Of a DNA stretch of 64,000 bases, positions 14,285 through 28,670 are shown piece after piece (positions within the stretch are counted from its first letter, which is position 1; every line of letters begins with the position of its first letter). Made by a program: the position numbers and the translations under genes. This DNA comes from the human T2T-CHM13v2.0 reference genome, Homo sapiens, in assembly GCF_009914755.1 (NCBI RefSeq), contig NC_060942.1, one strand, 5' to 3'. The notes beneath the pieces were generated by a model. It was not told the origin of the DNA and did no database searches. It worked only from the letters and a program-made list of their open reading frames with translations.

Positions 14285-16200
14285 AGAAAGGAATAGTGAG
14301 GAGGCTAACACAGGTGGAGATGAATGAATGAAGGAAGAGGTCAGAGACCTAAAGCAGGGCCAGGCCATTTCCATGCTGTGCCCTTAGGCCATAGTAACCT
14401 TCACCTAGTACCCTGTGTAAGAGAAGAGTCCTGGGGGGAATTCCATCAGGGGAGGGACATGTTCTGCTTTATGTTTCAGCAGAACCTCTCTGCCTGCTCT
14501 GCAGAGGGGCAGGGAAACCAGTTAGGAGGCTGTTGCAACCACACAGGTGGGTGACAGTGTTGTCCTAACTTAGAGAGGTAACTGTGGGCTGGGGATAAGT
14601 GGTCACTGGATATGCTTTAAGATAGAGCTACTAGAATTTGCTGGTGGATTCAGTAATGGGAGTGAGATAAAACCAGAAGGCAAAAATAACATCAATATTT
14701 TTGGCCTAAGTAAGTGGAAAAATAAAGAAGTCATTAACTGAGACTATGGCAAGAGAGGATTAAGGTCAGGGGAAGGTAAAATATTAAGAGCCCCATTTTA
14801 GATAAAGTTTCAGGTGCCTCTTATATGCAAGTGGATAGAGTACTTAAAAATTTCAGTTTCTTGTGAGTAAAGATAGGAAAGAGAAGATGTCCAAGGACTA
14901 AGTCTGGAGGGAGGCCATCATTAAGGACCAGAAAGATAAGTAGAAAATATTTAAAAAATAAAAATGACAGAGAAAGCACGACCGAAGAGTATAAGAAAAT
15001 CCAGGAGACCAGAAATCCTGGTTTCTTGGAAGCCAGGTAAAGGAAGTGTTTCAAGAGGAGAGTAATGCACTGTGTTAAATGCTTCTGAGAGGTCAAGTCA
15101 GACAGAGGCTGAGATTCAACCACTGTATTCAGCAAAGCGATTATTCTTTTTTTGTTGTTTTGTTTTTCATTCTTTTTTTTTATTATTATACTTTAAGTTC
15201 TAGGGTACATGTGCACAGCGTGCAGGTTTGTTACGTATGTATACATGTGCCATGTTGGTGTGCTGCACCCATTAACTCGTCATTTACATTAGGTATTTCT
15301 CCTAATGCTATCCATCCCCCCTCCGCCGACCCCACGACAGGCCCAGGTGATTACTCAACAATGATCTTTAAGGGTAAACCCTTGATAACAATGGCTTAAA
15401 TGAGGTATAGAATGATGGCCTGTAGAGTGTATATACATTGTTATAGAGCAAAAATGGAAGAAAAAGGAGGAAAAGATGAAATAATTGTCTAGCAGAGTGA
15501 GTAAACAAAGTCAGAAAATAGCATGATTGCCTGGAAACACTCAGGGCCCACCGAGGTTAGTTGGTTATGAACTTGGTGTGTGATTTTCTGCCTTAACTGC
15601 CTCTGTGCAGGGACAGAACAGGGGAAGAGCCAGGGTTATCCAAGGTAGTTGGATAAATAGGTATATGGTGAGGGTAGTGCAAGAGAGATGAGTATATGCA
15701 TGGGAGTGATTATAATAATTGAACATATAATTTAAACTGGGTAAAGAAGGAAGTGAACACATGAACTGGGTGAAGGATTGTGAAATGGACATAGGACCAA
15801 TAAATTGAAGATGGGAGTAGATACATGAAAGAGGAGTACTATATGAGAATCAAACCTGGACATTTCTAGAGAGAACACACAGACTGGGAACATGAATGGG
15901 AATCAAAGAGGACACCTACCTCACCTTCATAGATAGTGGCATGTGATATTTGGGAAAGAAAACAGCTCCCCTTGAGAGGGTTTCATGGTAAAGCATCGGG
16001 GAAGAGCCAAGTTTCCATTAAAACAAGAAGGGAAGGCAAACAATACCAGCAAAGATTGAGGATATTGGGATTTTCAGAAGACAATAGTGAATGGGGTTCA
16101 GAAGGTAGAGAATGATGAAGATGAGGTCAGAGAAGTGGGTACACAGAGTCCTGTGGGTAACAGAGACTGGGAATGACCTCAGAGGCCTGGAACGCACTGA
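14285..16200 (-). mobile_element. Long degraded L2 (interrupted by L1PA fragment)
   Basis: Purine-rich reverse L2 motifs: 'gggaaaccagttaggaggctgttgca', 'ctagaatttgctggtggatt', 'gaagccaggtaaaggaagtgtttcaagagga', 'gtgttaaatgcttctgagaggtcaagt'. Confidence 0.75.
15147..15349 (-). mobile_element. Short L1PA (PA4/5-like) 3' end
   Basis: T-rich tail then 'ttattatactttaagttctagggtacatgtgcac..catttacattaggtat..cccacgacaggccc'; probable TSD gcgattattc/gtgattactc. Confidence 0.9.
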
Positions 16201-19200
16201 GCGTGAAGTGGCCATGAGATGCGGTCACATGGCACCCAGGCAAACACTGATATCATGAGAATGGCAGAGGAGGAGGAACATGACCAGGGGCAGGACAAAT
16301 CATGCGGCATGATTTCAGAATGGTGGTTTCACCCTAAATGGACATTAGATATGCTAATCACAAACCCACTTCCAGTTACTCTCTGCCCTTGAAAGCAAAA
16401 AAACATCATTTACTAACACTTATTCTAAAAACCAAAGTTGCCTGGGCCATGTGAACTATCATTCATTCAAACTAACTTTGCCTCCAATTAGTTTAGATGT
16501 ACCTCTCTAATAAAGATGACGCACTACTTACTAAATACTCTGTTGTGCCTGTCCTTTGCATTTTATGAATTTATTCTCTTTATAGAGATGTCAGCTTTTT
16601 CTAGTTGATTGAGAATTAGCAATATCTTAAAGTAAAGACAAGCAGCATTCAAGCAAAGCATTCATGCCACCTTTGCTAAAAGAACAGTTTTCCTCGAAAT
16701 CCTCACCTCATTTTTGATGCTTCTTTCTTACTCCCTGCCTTCCTGGTGTCCTCTGTGCACATCCTGTCTGCCCTGGGATGTGTATTTCTGCAGTTCCCTA
16801 ATTCCCAAAGTCAGCCCTCCCTTCTGTCTGCTCAATCCCCAAACTCTTGCTCGGCAACAGAGCGATCTCAGTCAGGTATGAGGAGAAAATGAATCACATT
16901 AGAGTAATTTGCTCTAAGCAATGATCGATTTGAAGGTGAAAATGGGTACTTTCATGAAAAGAGAGAAAGAGAGCTTGTTAACTCAAATATACTTCCACTA
17001 AATAAAAAATATGTATGTTTGTTAAATGGAGAGGCTGTGAGTGAGAGCCTCGTGTACTCTCAAGTAGAAGCCTCCCTATTTTCATTACCCATTCCCATGT
17101 GTCCATCACAACACACACACTCCACATCAGGAGTTAGGATATATCATCATTCTGTTGCTAAAATACTGTTTCCTTTGTAGAACGACCGTCTGCTGTTAGC
17201 TTTTCTTTTTCACAGCTGCATTTTATTAGTGGGAAGAACACCCCCCTTTTCTTTTTTAAGAAAGTGCCATCAAACATTTGGCCATATTAATCTTCCATCT
17301 GTAAGACACACTTTACTTGGATTAGCAGCAGGGTATGTGTCCTCTCTGAATTTGTTTTCCAGGGAATGGGAATTTATTCAAGTAAATTAATTTGCAAACA
17401 GATACAGCCATTGCTGGATGAATGGATTTTCGCTTGGCACTTTGAGGTGGAGCTCTGCGGGTATCTGGGCTATTGGCACTCACTGATGTCCTCAGATTGT
17501 CTGCCAGACCCATTCCTATAATGCTGTAAGAAAATATATGTGACAATTTTACAGCTCAGAACACAGCTCAGCCATCTAGCTTCCAGCTCTACTGTTTATT
17601 TAAATGAATCCTGTAAGCTCATCTTCTTAGAAGATGTTCATACATGTGGCCATTTAGTTGCTTTTTCTTTTTTGACTTGTTAATATGTTACTTTCACCAC
17701 ATCCATTCCTTGCGTTAAGTATTTTGAGGGTTCTACCACATTTAAAACAAACCCTCTTGAAGTTTAATAATACACAAAAATTCACTTAGAGTTGGCCAAT
17801 TCTGGAAATTCTTCAAACTTGAAAAATTCAGAAAATATTATATCCCATTGCTCCAAATGTAATAGTATCTGTCAACAGGTTTCCTGCAGGCAAGTGATGT
17901 GTTTAAATAAATGGTAAAATATATTGGTCGGTCACTGAAAAAAACAAATGAGTATAAGGCTTAGTGGGAGTGATTTGCTTTGTTTGTTTGTATCTTTAGT
18001 AAATTCAGCCAAAGGGACAGGAGGCAATATTAACAAATGCATATTTCATCCATCTGTATAGAGAATTTTGAAAGAAAATGAGAAGTCTCAGCCTTCCACT
18101 GTGAAGGTGTAAATGTTCTCTTTCACAAAATTTTCCACGCAGTCAACAGTATCATTGATTTCTTGAGTATTGACTGTCCTTACACACTCAGATATGGGAT
18201 AACACTGATCATGATTAGTTCAGGTAGAGATGCAATGATAAATCCTCGGCCAAAACAGTCCTCAGTGCACATAATGAAGGCTGAAAATAAGGACTGTGTT
18301 TACTGTCTCATGAAACTGATTTTACAAGCATCGGTTTACATGTTTGGCCTTGGTTACTTAACTGTTCTGGGTCTCAGTTTCACCATCTATAAAAGGTCAA
18401 AAACGAATAAACTTGATGTTTTAATTTTATGGTGCAGAGCTTCTCTGTAATATTTAATTTTTATTTCAACCTCTTGTGTTCTCTTAAAAATTCTAAATTA
18501 AAATTTAAGTTTGATAATTAATTCACCAATTGTTTTATTTTGCCAAAGTAAATGTACATGAGTCTCCATCGTATGTCAAAGGTCTACAGGAGGTATATTT
18601 CAGCAAAAGAATGTTCTTCCACTGGGCCTTGCATAGTTTGGGAAGAGACCCAAACTTTGTGGGTCTTTGAGCAAAGACCTAGAGAAGTTCCTGGAGGAAA
18701 AGAAGAGAGGCAGACACTCCTGAGTAATCAGAACAAGTGGAAAAATCATGACAGCCAAGCTGAATACTGAAAGGCCCCCTCACAGCAGAAGGCATATGTG
18801 CTTCCCTATGAGCTACAAAACCTGTTAGAGATTTTTCAGGCCGGAGGAAAACAAATTGTAAGGAGAGGAAATGGTTTATCCTGGTTTTCCATCTGCCGGA
18901 CTCCTTAACATGGGGAAGAAAAATCATTCACAGGAAAATGTTAGGTTCTAAGTAGAAGTAGCGTTGATTCTGCTCTGCCTTTTTTCCTACATGTAATTTT
19001 CCTGTGTTCTTTAAGAATATGTATATTCTCACCTCTTGTTATAGCTTACATAAAACCACCAGGGAGCTTAGAATTCGAACAGAGTTGCTAGTTTGCCACT
19101 TACAGGGCTGATTAGGTCTCAGCTGCCTATAAAATAGCTGAGTGGCCTCAGTGACCACTCACCATCCTCTTCTTACTGGTTGGTTCTCACATTGGCCCCT

Positions 19201-19744
19201 CATAGGGGAAAAGATGAAGGAGGGTATAAATCAATATGACCAGCAACTCTTTTTAATAGTCACAGCTTCTGCAATACTTAATGTCCCTATCCTCATGGGA
19301 CAGCAGCTATTTCAATTCCTTTTAAAGGAAAAGCTATATACCTCGCCACAAAATGGATTGGATAGTCAATAACCAGATGATTTGTCTGTGTTTACCTTAG
19401 TCATGTTATATTCCTTTCTCCATTGAGAATTATTCTTAGTATTCTAAATTATTGTTCTTTGGTTATTAAATTTTAAAAAATATAAGGGTAAGTTTTTTGT
19501 TACTATATAAACCACGTGTGTAGGGGGTGTTAATCTACTGACTTCTATTTTATTTTTAAAAATCCTCATTTGCGCTTTCTTAGTTCTTAACACCATTTGT
19601 AAAATGGCTGTTAACATTGACCTTGGATAATGTGTAGATGCCCAGAAAGAAATAAGCCCCAATAAGATGTTGCAGGTATTTTACCAGGTTTTTCCCACTT
19701 TGGGCACAGAATCTTAACTCTAATGAGCAGGTGAGCTCTACAAT

Positions 19745-19948
19745 TATGCTGTCCAACTCAGTAGCTACTCACCACATGATACTATTCAGACTTAACTCAT
19801 AAAAATTAAATAAAATAAAAAATTAATTCCTCAGTTGCCCTAGCTACATTGCAATTGTTAGCAGCCATATGTGTGGTTAGTGGCTATTGCACTGCACAGA
19901 TATAGAACATTTTCCTCACTGCAGAAATATCTGCAATGGTCTATGCAG
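19745..19948. mobile_element. MER3 (hAT-Charlie)
   Basis: 'gctgtccaa..gtagctact..ccacatg..aaaattaaataaaataaaaaattaattcctcagt..ctagctacatt..tagtggcta..cagatatagaacattt'. Confidence 0.75.
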
Positions 19949-20469
19949 CTCGAGTTTCTATGTTTAACAACGCCTAGAGATGTTTTTAAACCAAGTCTAG
20001 CAGAGGTTGATAAAATGTTTTGAAGAAAATTGCTGATACCACTCTGTGCAGTACAATTAATATATTACTTATTTTACAGGTATTCCTTGTTTTTGAGCAA
20101 AACCACCTTATACAGTGATATTATCTCACTACCTTTCATGGGTTGAATTATTTTTATATGTATGTAGGTTAGTATTTATGTAACTTTTCTTGCCAGCCAA
20201 CAATTTATTTGTATGAGGTTGCCCTCTCTATCTATGGTGGTTTAAGAAATTACTGAAGTCTCCTACTAATTTTTACTCCAATTTTTTATTTAAAATAATG
20301 GAAAAATGAAAATGGAAATACTCATCCAAAGATGTGCAGGTCTCATCATTGTAATTCAGCTAGGACAAGAAGGATGTCAGATGTACCCAAAGTGGTAAAC
20401 CTTTAGCTCAAACTGAATCTTATTCAGGACAGAATGATATAATTAAATGTGCTTAAAGTAGCAAGGATT

Positions 20470-22690
<2,221 letters not shown>

Positions 22691-22699
22691 TTGTGTTCG

Positions 22700-23192
22700 T
22701 TTTACTTTATTAATTTCATATTTGACTATAGGTACAATGTTACCTGGCAAATCTTTAGAACTTATTCATCATTTAAATAAAATGCTATTCTCGTTGATTA
22801 GTAACTCCCCATTTCCCTCTCCCCCAGCCCCTGGCAATTACCATTTAATGATTTGATATTATAAATTTGGCTATTTTAGACATCTCATGTAAGTGGAATT
22901 ATGCAGTATTTGTCATTCTGTTAGCGGTTTATTTCACTTAGCATGATATCCTCAAAGTTCATCCATGTTGTGGCAAATGGCAGAATGTCCTTTTTGGAGG
23001 CTGAATAATAATTCACTGTCTATAAATACATATACCACATTTTCTTTACCCACTCATCTGTCAATGGACATTTAGTTTGCTTCCACATTTGGCCACTGTG
23101 AATAGTGCTGCAATGATCATGCAGTGCTAATATCTCTTTGAGATCCTGATTTCCATTCTTTTGGATAACTACCCAGAAATAGGATTGGTTAG
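22700..23192 (-). mobile_element. L1MA10/L1MB-type 3' fragment
   Basis: 'tagaacttattcatc', 'cccccagcccctggcaa', 'ttagacatctcatgtaagtggaattatgcagtattt', 'gagatcctgatttc..ttttggata..acccagaa'. Confidence 0.85.
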
Positions 23193-24740
23193 CACTTGGA
23201 TAGGAATGCAGCTCTGTCTTATAACCAGATCTCTGTCTCTCTTTCTCTCTCTCTCTCTTTCTCTCATCGTCATCTTCTCTCAGTTGTATTTATTCTGCAA
23301 AGTCAACATTCATCTGAACTGGTAACTGCTCCTTGTCCTGAGAAGAGACCCTCCCATTTAAGCAACACAATGGCATGTCCTCTAGGCAATAGTAGAGGGT
23401 ATATTGCTACTGGTCAACATTATACAAGTTACAATTTCAGAAATAGGTAGATGAGAAAGAATAAGTACACTAACTTGATGATACCAAGAAATTGCAACTT
23501 CAACAAAATGAATGATTTTATTCATAGTCATTGTGACTTCTGCTGGATAGTGGCTGTTTGAAGTTCACAGTCATATTATCTCTAGAAAGACTAGCACTAT
23601 CTAGGGATGAAGGACTTATTAATAGAAGAGAGAGAGAGAGAGCTTATGACTTAGTCCTTCCTCTACTCCAACCCTTCAATGCTTTTCACAGGGAATTCAG
23701 CCAGAGTAAAATATAATAGGGATCTTCTTATTAAAAGTATTTTTAAGATGGCAGACAGTAGTATTCTACCAAGTAACTACATACAATCTTTGCCTCCTCA
23801 TACCCTGGAAAAGTAACAAAATACCCAGTCTTTATTCTACTAGCTTCACCATAATGGAGGCTTTAGATGGTATGGCTAATTAAAATTCAATTGTATTTCA
23901 ATAACAGGTCTTTCTTTGTCATTTCATACTATACAAAGCTACAGATCTTTCTACCTGTTATGAGAAAAACAGGAAGCATCATAGTCACTTTATAGGCAAC
24001 CAAAATTTTACTAGAGAAATAAAAGATACAGAATGCACAATGAAGCATCACTGAGAGACCCCCTAATGATATTTGACAACCTTCCAGAAGACAGAAAGGA
24101 CCTTATCCAAGACAGAACTGAAAACTAGCAAACAGGCATGCTGCTCTGCCACAATAACTGTTCAAGCCTCCCAGAAATAAATCTGAATTAACACATAATT
24201 GTTGTTTTCTGGCTAGTTTTTTTTCTAGAAATAAATATGGGAGAGGGCTTTAGTTATTACATATCTACTTTTGAAAAACACACTAATAATCCACCCTTTC
24301 AAAATGCAAACTGACAAATTTTTAAGCATGAAAATGAGAAAAGGAAGAGAACTATATAAGGGATTCCAAAGAATGAAGGACATGGTGAAAATGAATGAGT
24401 TTTCCCTTTTATCCTATTCTATAATATGAGAGCAGAGAGACACTTAATGAAATTAGTAGGCAGTAAATTTAGACCTAATAATAGGTAATACTTCATTAAC
24501 TGGGTATATGGACTTCTCTGCAGTAAGAGGTCATGAAATGAGTACAGTAGCTGGATTTTTTAAAAAGACTGGATCATTTTGCATCTATTAATAACTTTCT
24601 GAGTTTGACAAGCCAAGATAATGAGAAAGGTAATCTTATCACTTGCATGAGGATACATGTCAGTTGCTTCAGTCAGCATTAAAGAGCTTCTCTATGAAAC
24701 ACCTGCAATTGACTTTATATATATATTATATATATATTAG

Positions 24741-24890
24741 ATATTACAGGTGTATAAATATACACACACACACATATATATTACAGGTGTATAAATACAC
24801 ACATATATATTACAGGTGTATAAATACACACACACATATATATATATTACAGGTGTATAAATACACACACACACACACACACACACACAT
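24741..24890. repeat. Compound minisatellite: 4 x TATTACAGGTGTATAAATA separated by variable (CA)n(TA)n
   Basis: Four identical cores read directly. Confidence 0.9.
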
Positions 24891-25577
24891 CCCTATATAT
24901 TTTCCTCTGAACTACTGAATTTTAAGTCATTACTGAAGAGAGTATTCTCGATCCAATGAATCTATACTCAAATGTTTAGAGCACATTATAAGAGTCCACA
25001 AACTTGAGACTTAATTATAAATTATGCAAAATATACATTTATTAAATTGTCAAAAATAGCAATGGGATCTTTTTTTCATTCATCGTCTGTCTTCCACAGT
25101 AGTGAATAGAGCAGTGGGGTAATAGCTGGGAAATCTGAACAAGTCATTCAGCTAAAATCCCAGAGATACAGTGAGGCGCCTCCACATGCACCAGCATGTC
25201 GATGAACAAGTGGGGGACAGTAATTGCTCTTTAGAAATATTTTATATAAACGCAAATCAGACAGGCAGTTGAAAATATTTTCTGAACATCTACTTACTCC
25301 CTGAACACTGTCCACGGGTGGAAGAGTTGCCGGGATAAATGAAGTAGCACAAGTCCTGCCCTTAGGAAGTATTCATCATAAGGAGGAAGACAGATACTTT
25401 TTAAACACCCCAAACGCAGTGTTTGTGTTATTCTACTCTTAGAAAAGTGATTGAATAATTCAGACATTGTTGTTAACTCAGTCCTCTCTGCAACTGTAAG
25501 AGGGATAATTATTGTGATCACCCTGTCTCCATCAGAACCTGAGTTCATCACATTAAATATCAGGAAAAATACTATCC

Positions 25578-26365
25578 TTAGGTTGTTTCTGTACCTTGGC
25601 TATCGTGAATAATGCTGCAATGAACATAGCAGTGCATGTAGCTCACTAAGATACTGATTCTATTTACTACTGATATATACCCAGAAGTAGTATTGCTGGA
25701 TCATGGGAACAAATAAAGAAAATGTGGTATATCTATATAATGGAATATGATTCAGCCATAAAAAAGGAGGAATTCCTGCCATTTGAGACAACGTGGATGA
25801 ACCTAGAGATTATGTTAATTGAAATAAGTCAGACACAAAGAAAAACACTGTATGATCTTACTTATTTATTTATTTTTTTTTATTATACTCTAAGTTTTAG
25901 GGTACATGTGCACATTGTGCAGGTTAGTTACATATGTATACATGTGCCATGCTGGTGCGCTGCACCCACTAATGTGATCTTACTTATATGTGGAATCTAA
26001 AGAAGTTGAACTCACAGAAGCAAAGAGTAGAATGGTGAATGCCAGGGAATGTGGGGTGGGAGAAATGAGGAAATTGTCAATGAGTACAAACTTTTGGTTA
26101 TAAGACGAATAAGTTACGGAGATCTAATGCATAGCTTGGTGGCTATAGTTAATAATGCTGTACTGTATAATTGAAATTTGCTAAGACAGTAGATCTGTCC
26201 TCAACACACACACACACACACACAAATGTCACATCAGTGAAGTGATGGATGTGTGGATGTGTTAGTTTGTGAGGATCATTTTATAAGTTAGCTATTACAT
26301 TGCACACCTTATATGTTTACAATGTTCATTTCTCAACTATGCCTCAATAAAGCTGAGGAAAAAGG
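25578..26365 (+). mobile_element. L1MA8/9-type 3' end with 5' inversion (25578-25705 inverted)
   Basis: Inverted 'ggttgtttc..ttggctat.gtgaataatgctgcaatgaacat..ttgctggatcat' then forward 'ataaagaaaatgtggtat..gtggaatctaaa..tgaaatttgctaaga..cctcaataaagctg'. Confidence 0.85.
25866..25974 (-). mobile_element. L1HS-Ta, extremely 5'-truncated (~110 bp including tail)
   Basis: Reverse complement reads (A)CATTAGTGGGTGCAGCGCACCAGC...CTAAAACTTAGAGTATAAT plus A-rich tail, i.e. the ACA and G(6015) Ta diagnostics; exact TSD TGATCTTACTTAT at 25853-25865 and 25975-25987. Confidence 0.92.
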
Positions 26366-27436
26366 AATAATATTGGATATAAAGAAAATATTTTCACCTA
26401 GAAAGCTACATACTTCAAAATATTTTCAGAAGTAGGCTTATACCTGTGTTGATAATTGCATAGTATCTTGTCCTGCTGCATATGGAGAAAGCAGTGAAAT
26501 GGTTTGTGTGACTATATCCTAAATCCATTATTTTCATTTGGTCATTAAACAGGTAAACAATTTTATTGAAGCTTAATAAGGACCAAGGTAGGGGATGAGG
26601 CTAGGTTGCAAAAATAGAGTGGTGATAGATACATTGTTGAAAGGTTTACACACCAACCTGCAGGGTTTGGAATTTATCCTACAGGTAACAAGTACTATGG
26701 AAGGATTACAGCTGGGCAATGGTATTATTAAATACACATTCTGAAAGTATCACAGTGGTGGTAGTGTAGATCTATTCAAGAGGGGAGATGGAAAGATTTG
26801 CTTAAAACCTATTTCAGTATCTAGAAAAAAAATGACGAGAATATAAAATATAGTACTTTCAATGAAAGAAACAGTTGATGTCTTTAAAAGACACTTGAGA
26901 AATGGCATCTGCAGAATGTTATAACTAAATGAATATGGGGAGGGGGTTATAAATAAGTTTTTAGAGCAACTCCAAGAGATCAGATAATGCCATGATTTGA
27001 AACATGAAAAGAGTTCTCTAACTTGTCTGTATGTCAAAAGTCACCAGTAAAGTTGCCCCTGACCCACTCCTAGATGTTACGAAATAGCAGGACTTGGGTG
27101 AAAGCCAGGTATTTGCTTTTTTTCCAAGCCTCAAAGGGGAAACTGCTGGGGATCCAGGGCTGAGAAGCAATGAGATAGGGAATAGAGGAGAACCTGCTGA
27201 TATGGCTGGTGAAGGAGAAAGATAATCTTTTTTGAACAGAATCTAATTTAGTTACTTGTGGAAATGAAAGCCCAAGAGAAACCAGGTCTCTTCTATGTTA
27301 TGTGTCTATCCTACTGATTGCCACACAAGGGGATCCCATAACGGTTTGTTTTATTAAATGGGCAAATCAATTGTCAGTGGAGAAACTAACATAGGAATAG
27401 ATTTTAAAGTAGAGAATACACTGAGACATAACATGT

Positions 27437-27796
27437 TGTATTAGTTCATTCTCATGCTGATAATAAAGACATACTTGAGACAGAGTAATTTATAAAGGAA
27501 AGAGGTTTAATGGACTCACAGTTCCACATGGCTGGGGAGGCCTCACAATCATGGTGGAAGATGAAGGAGGAGCAAAGGGATGTCTTACATGGTGGCAGGC
27601 AAGAGAGCATGTTCAGGGGAACTCCCCTTTATAAAACCATCAGATCTCGTGAGACTTATTCATTATCACAAGAACAGCATGGAAAAAAACAACCCCTATG
27701 ATTCAGTTACCTCCCACCAGGTCCCTCCCACAACACGTGGGGATTATTATAAATCAAGGTGAGATTTGGGTGGGGACACAGAGCCAAACCATATTG
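27437..27796 (-). mobile_element. THE1C-type solo LTR (MaLR)
   Basis: 'tgtattagt..ctcatgctg.taataaagacata..gagatttgggtggggacacagagccaaaccata'; perfect 5-bp TSD CATGT on both sides. Confidence 0.92.
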
Positions 27797-27801
27797 CATG
27801 T

Positions 27802-28066
27802 CATGGTAGAAAGAGGATGGGCTTTGCAAACAGAAGGGGTTTGCACACAGCCAGTGAGTGGCAAATTCTACTTTTGCCGCTCACTAGCTGTGTGGCTTGG
27901 AGCAAGTTACAGTCTCTTTGAGATTCAGTTTTCTCAATTTTCAAATATAGAGAATATTGTTGCATTTTCAATGCTCCAAAAGAAGTAAATTAATACATGT
28001 GTAAATGTCACAATAAATATATAAATTACCCAGAATTGAGTACAGACTCAATAAATGATAATTATT
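27802..28066 (+). mobile_element. MIR
   Basis: 'ggtagaaagag..gggcttt', 'ctcactagctgtgtggcttggagcaagttac', 'ctcaataaatgata'. Confidence 0.75.
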
Positions 28067-28518
28067 GATGCACTATATCATTTAGTTGTTAAATTATTGA
28101 TACAATATTTATAAATATCAATATACTAGTCATCATTCTTATGGACTTTAAAGTGTTTGAGATCTTCTAGGAAAGATTTGTAAGTCAAAGAAGGACAAGA
28201 ACAAAAGCCTGAGGTACATGAGCAATTAAAAGGAAGATAGGAAAAGCAAATAAAAAATAATTGGTGATAAGAGAGGAGATGAGAGAGGAACCCAGATAGG
28301 TTTTAGGAAACAAAGATCAACCAATAATGTCAAATGGAATGGAGGAGCCAAGTGGGCAGTAGCTGAAAAATGACCATTGTAATTGGCATAGAATTGGTCA
28401 CTGATCACTTTAGTAACAACAGTTACATTGTAGTGATCAATTGAATTTAGAAGTACCTACTAGTTAAAGAAGTACAGATGTGGGTGTAGGCTACTCTTTC
28501 AAAAACTTTCGTGCTCAA

Positions 28519-28608
28519 TGTATATACACATACACACACACACACACATATATACACACGCATATACACACACACACATATATATACACACACTATATCT
28601 ATCCATCC

Positions 28609-28644
<36 letters not shown>

Positions 28645-28670
28645 GTCTGTCTGTCTATAGAGAGAGAGAG
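28519..28670. repeat. Compound STR (CA)n/(TA)n-(TATC)n-(TCTG)n-(GA)n
   Basis: Direct reading. Confidence 0.95.

Noticed and set aside
24741-24890. Repeat-spacer pattern superficially like a CRISPR array
   Set aside because: Spacers are (CA)n(TA)n microsatellite, not unique sequence; eukaryotic context; no cas genes
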